64,000 bases of DNA from Mobula hypostoma (Eukaryota): NCBI RefSeq assembly GCF_963921235.1, contig NC_086118.1, forward strand, positions 13,952,001-14,016,000, given 5' to 3'. The position numbers and the translations under genes are program-made. Of this stretch, positions 62,260 to 64,000 are shown piece after piece (the first letter of the stretch is position 1; each line of letters opens with the position of its first letter). A model generated the notes under the pieces. It was not told the origin of the DNA. It saw only the letters and a list, made by a program, of their open reading frames with translations, and did not search any database.

Positions 62260-64000
62260 TTTCAGTCCCTATGGTAAGTTGGCACTCTCGGTGTTGGCAG
62301 TGGGTTTGGAGTGGTGACAAGGAGGGAGGGTAGATACGTCATTGGGGTCATCAGGTGGGCACCCTCCTTCTTTGACGTTTCGTTGATAAGCCCACGACAT
62401 CTCCAGAGGGCTCAATGGTGCTACCTGGCATCCCAGTTCCATACCCTCCTGTCTTCATCTTGCAGCCCAGTTGTTGTCTTTCCTCTTAATCCAAATCCAA
62501 TTGCTGCTTTCTTCTGCTGCAGTTGACAAGGACTTGATTGCTTGTTGGAGGGAGTGACCCCTCACCCCCATCTTCTTCAATAGACTGGTCGTAGATGTAG
62601 CAACGAATCCCCTGCATCCCACTTCCACAGGGAAAATGTTGGTCTTCCAGCCATTCTGGGCAGCTTCAGTTGCCAGTTCAGAGTACTTGGTCTTTTTCCT
62701 CTCATAAGTTTCTTCGACACCATCTTCCCATGATACTGTCAATTCCACAACTTATGCCAGCTTGGCCGTTGTGGACCACAGGACCATGTCTGGAGTGTTG
62801 TAGCTGCAATGTCTGGGGGAAATACAAAGCTTTTTTTCCAAGTCCACGTCCATTTTCCAAACCCGAGCAACCTGCAGAATGCTTACATCTTTTGATGTTA
62901 TATGGTGCTCTGGAGGTTGGCCTGCTGGTACAAATCATGTAATGTGAACATTTCCTGCCGATGTTTGTGGGAGAGCATTTGTGATGATTCGCCTCTGTTC
63001 CAAGATTGATGCCAGCTGTCTGAGAACTTGGTTTTGCCGCCAAGTGTACCGCCCCTGGGTGAGGCTCGTGATGCATCCTGTTAAAATGTGCCTTGGTGAT
63101 CCAGCTGCTTGACAAAGAGAGCAAGCAGGGTCTTCTCCCCAATACTGGTTCAGGTTCTGGGGTGTGGGTAGGAGGTCATAAGTGGCTCTGATGACAAAAC
63201 TTAGCCGAGATCCCTCCATCTCCCAGATGTCATGCCAGCTAAGTTCCCTCTTTTCCAGGCTCTCCCAATTAGTCCAGTGGCCCTGCTTGGCCATTGAGAT
63301 GGAACCTAGCACGTCGCTCTGCCTCCTCCTGTCTTCTCAACTCCTCCACCACGAGTCATCTCTTCTGCACTGATGTTGCCTTGTGCCATTGAGGAGCCTT
63401 TGGGACAAGCCTGAACCCAGCTCCCCCATATTGGACTTGGCCAACCACATCCCTGAGTCGAAGAGCAGACTTAGCACTCTGAACAGCTTCAGATGGGGTC
63501 CATTTCCTCCCTGTTACCACATAGGGGGGCACTGTTCGAATAACAGTATCTTCAGATTCATTGAGGGTCATGACCAATCTTGCTTTGGTGCATTTGAATT
63601 CTTCCACAAGACTTGCAATTGGTAATTCCAATTTGCCATTCCCGTGCAGTCCAACAGGACTTAAGCATCGTGGAAGTCCAAGCCACTGTTTTACATGTGT
63701 GCTGATCATTCTTTCAAGCTTTTCAACCTTGCTGATGGGGATTTCATGCACTGTTAAAGGCCACATGAGTCTTGGGAGTCTGCCGAACTGGAAGCACCAC
63801 AGCTTGAGTTTTCCTGGCAGCAAGGTCTTGTTGATGCGAGCTATGTACATGATGGTATCCTTTTTGAGTTGTTCAAACTGCTCAGTGTCCTTGAGCTTAG
63901 CAAGCTCTTCACTGGCATTTCTGAAACAGTTAGGACAGGTGTCCTGTTAATCTGAAATCTTCCATCCGTGACTTGACCTTTGATGATGGAGATGCTTCTG
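62260..64000 (-). mobile_element. HERO-like (R2 group) non-LTR retrotransposon with restriction-like endonuclease, 3' part (runs off window end)
   Basis: LPGKLKLWCFQFG.LPRLMWPL; CCHC-type CSLC....RHILTGC..GRYTWR.NQVL; PDMVLWS..ELTVSWE..YERKKTKY..PVEVGCRGF; frameshifted. Confidence 0.85.

Overview
Eukaryotic, repeat-dense non-genic (intergenic or intronic) DNA. The repeat mix (CR1, Rex1/Babar, L2, RTE and HERO-like LINEs, V-domain SINEs, Gypsy LTR elements, Penelope-type terminal repeats) suggests a cartilaginous fish, probably a ray; this is an inference from repeat content only. No intact host gene is visible, and most ORFs in the track are decayed transposon fragments or their antisense frames. 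Main points: (1) an intron-less fragment resembling the host splicing factor RBM25 (RRM region) sits inside a two-LTR Gypsy element in place of most of pol, consistent with LTR-mediated mRNA capture. (2) Six copies of a minimal hammerhead-ribozyme motif lie in short Penelope-type insertions, three of which are flanked by clear 11-14 bp target-site duplications; one insertion is a 712-bp fold-back inside the Gypsy protease motif. (3) There is a class I ERV integrase-env remnant. (4) Two divergent CR1 elements lie head-to-tail and share a ~103-bp promoter-like monomer. (5) Several elements are deeply nested, with readable TSDs. Family names come from recalled motifs, not database searches. Boundaries without a TSD are approximate (tens of bp).
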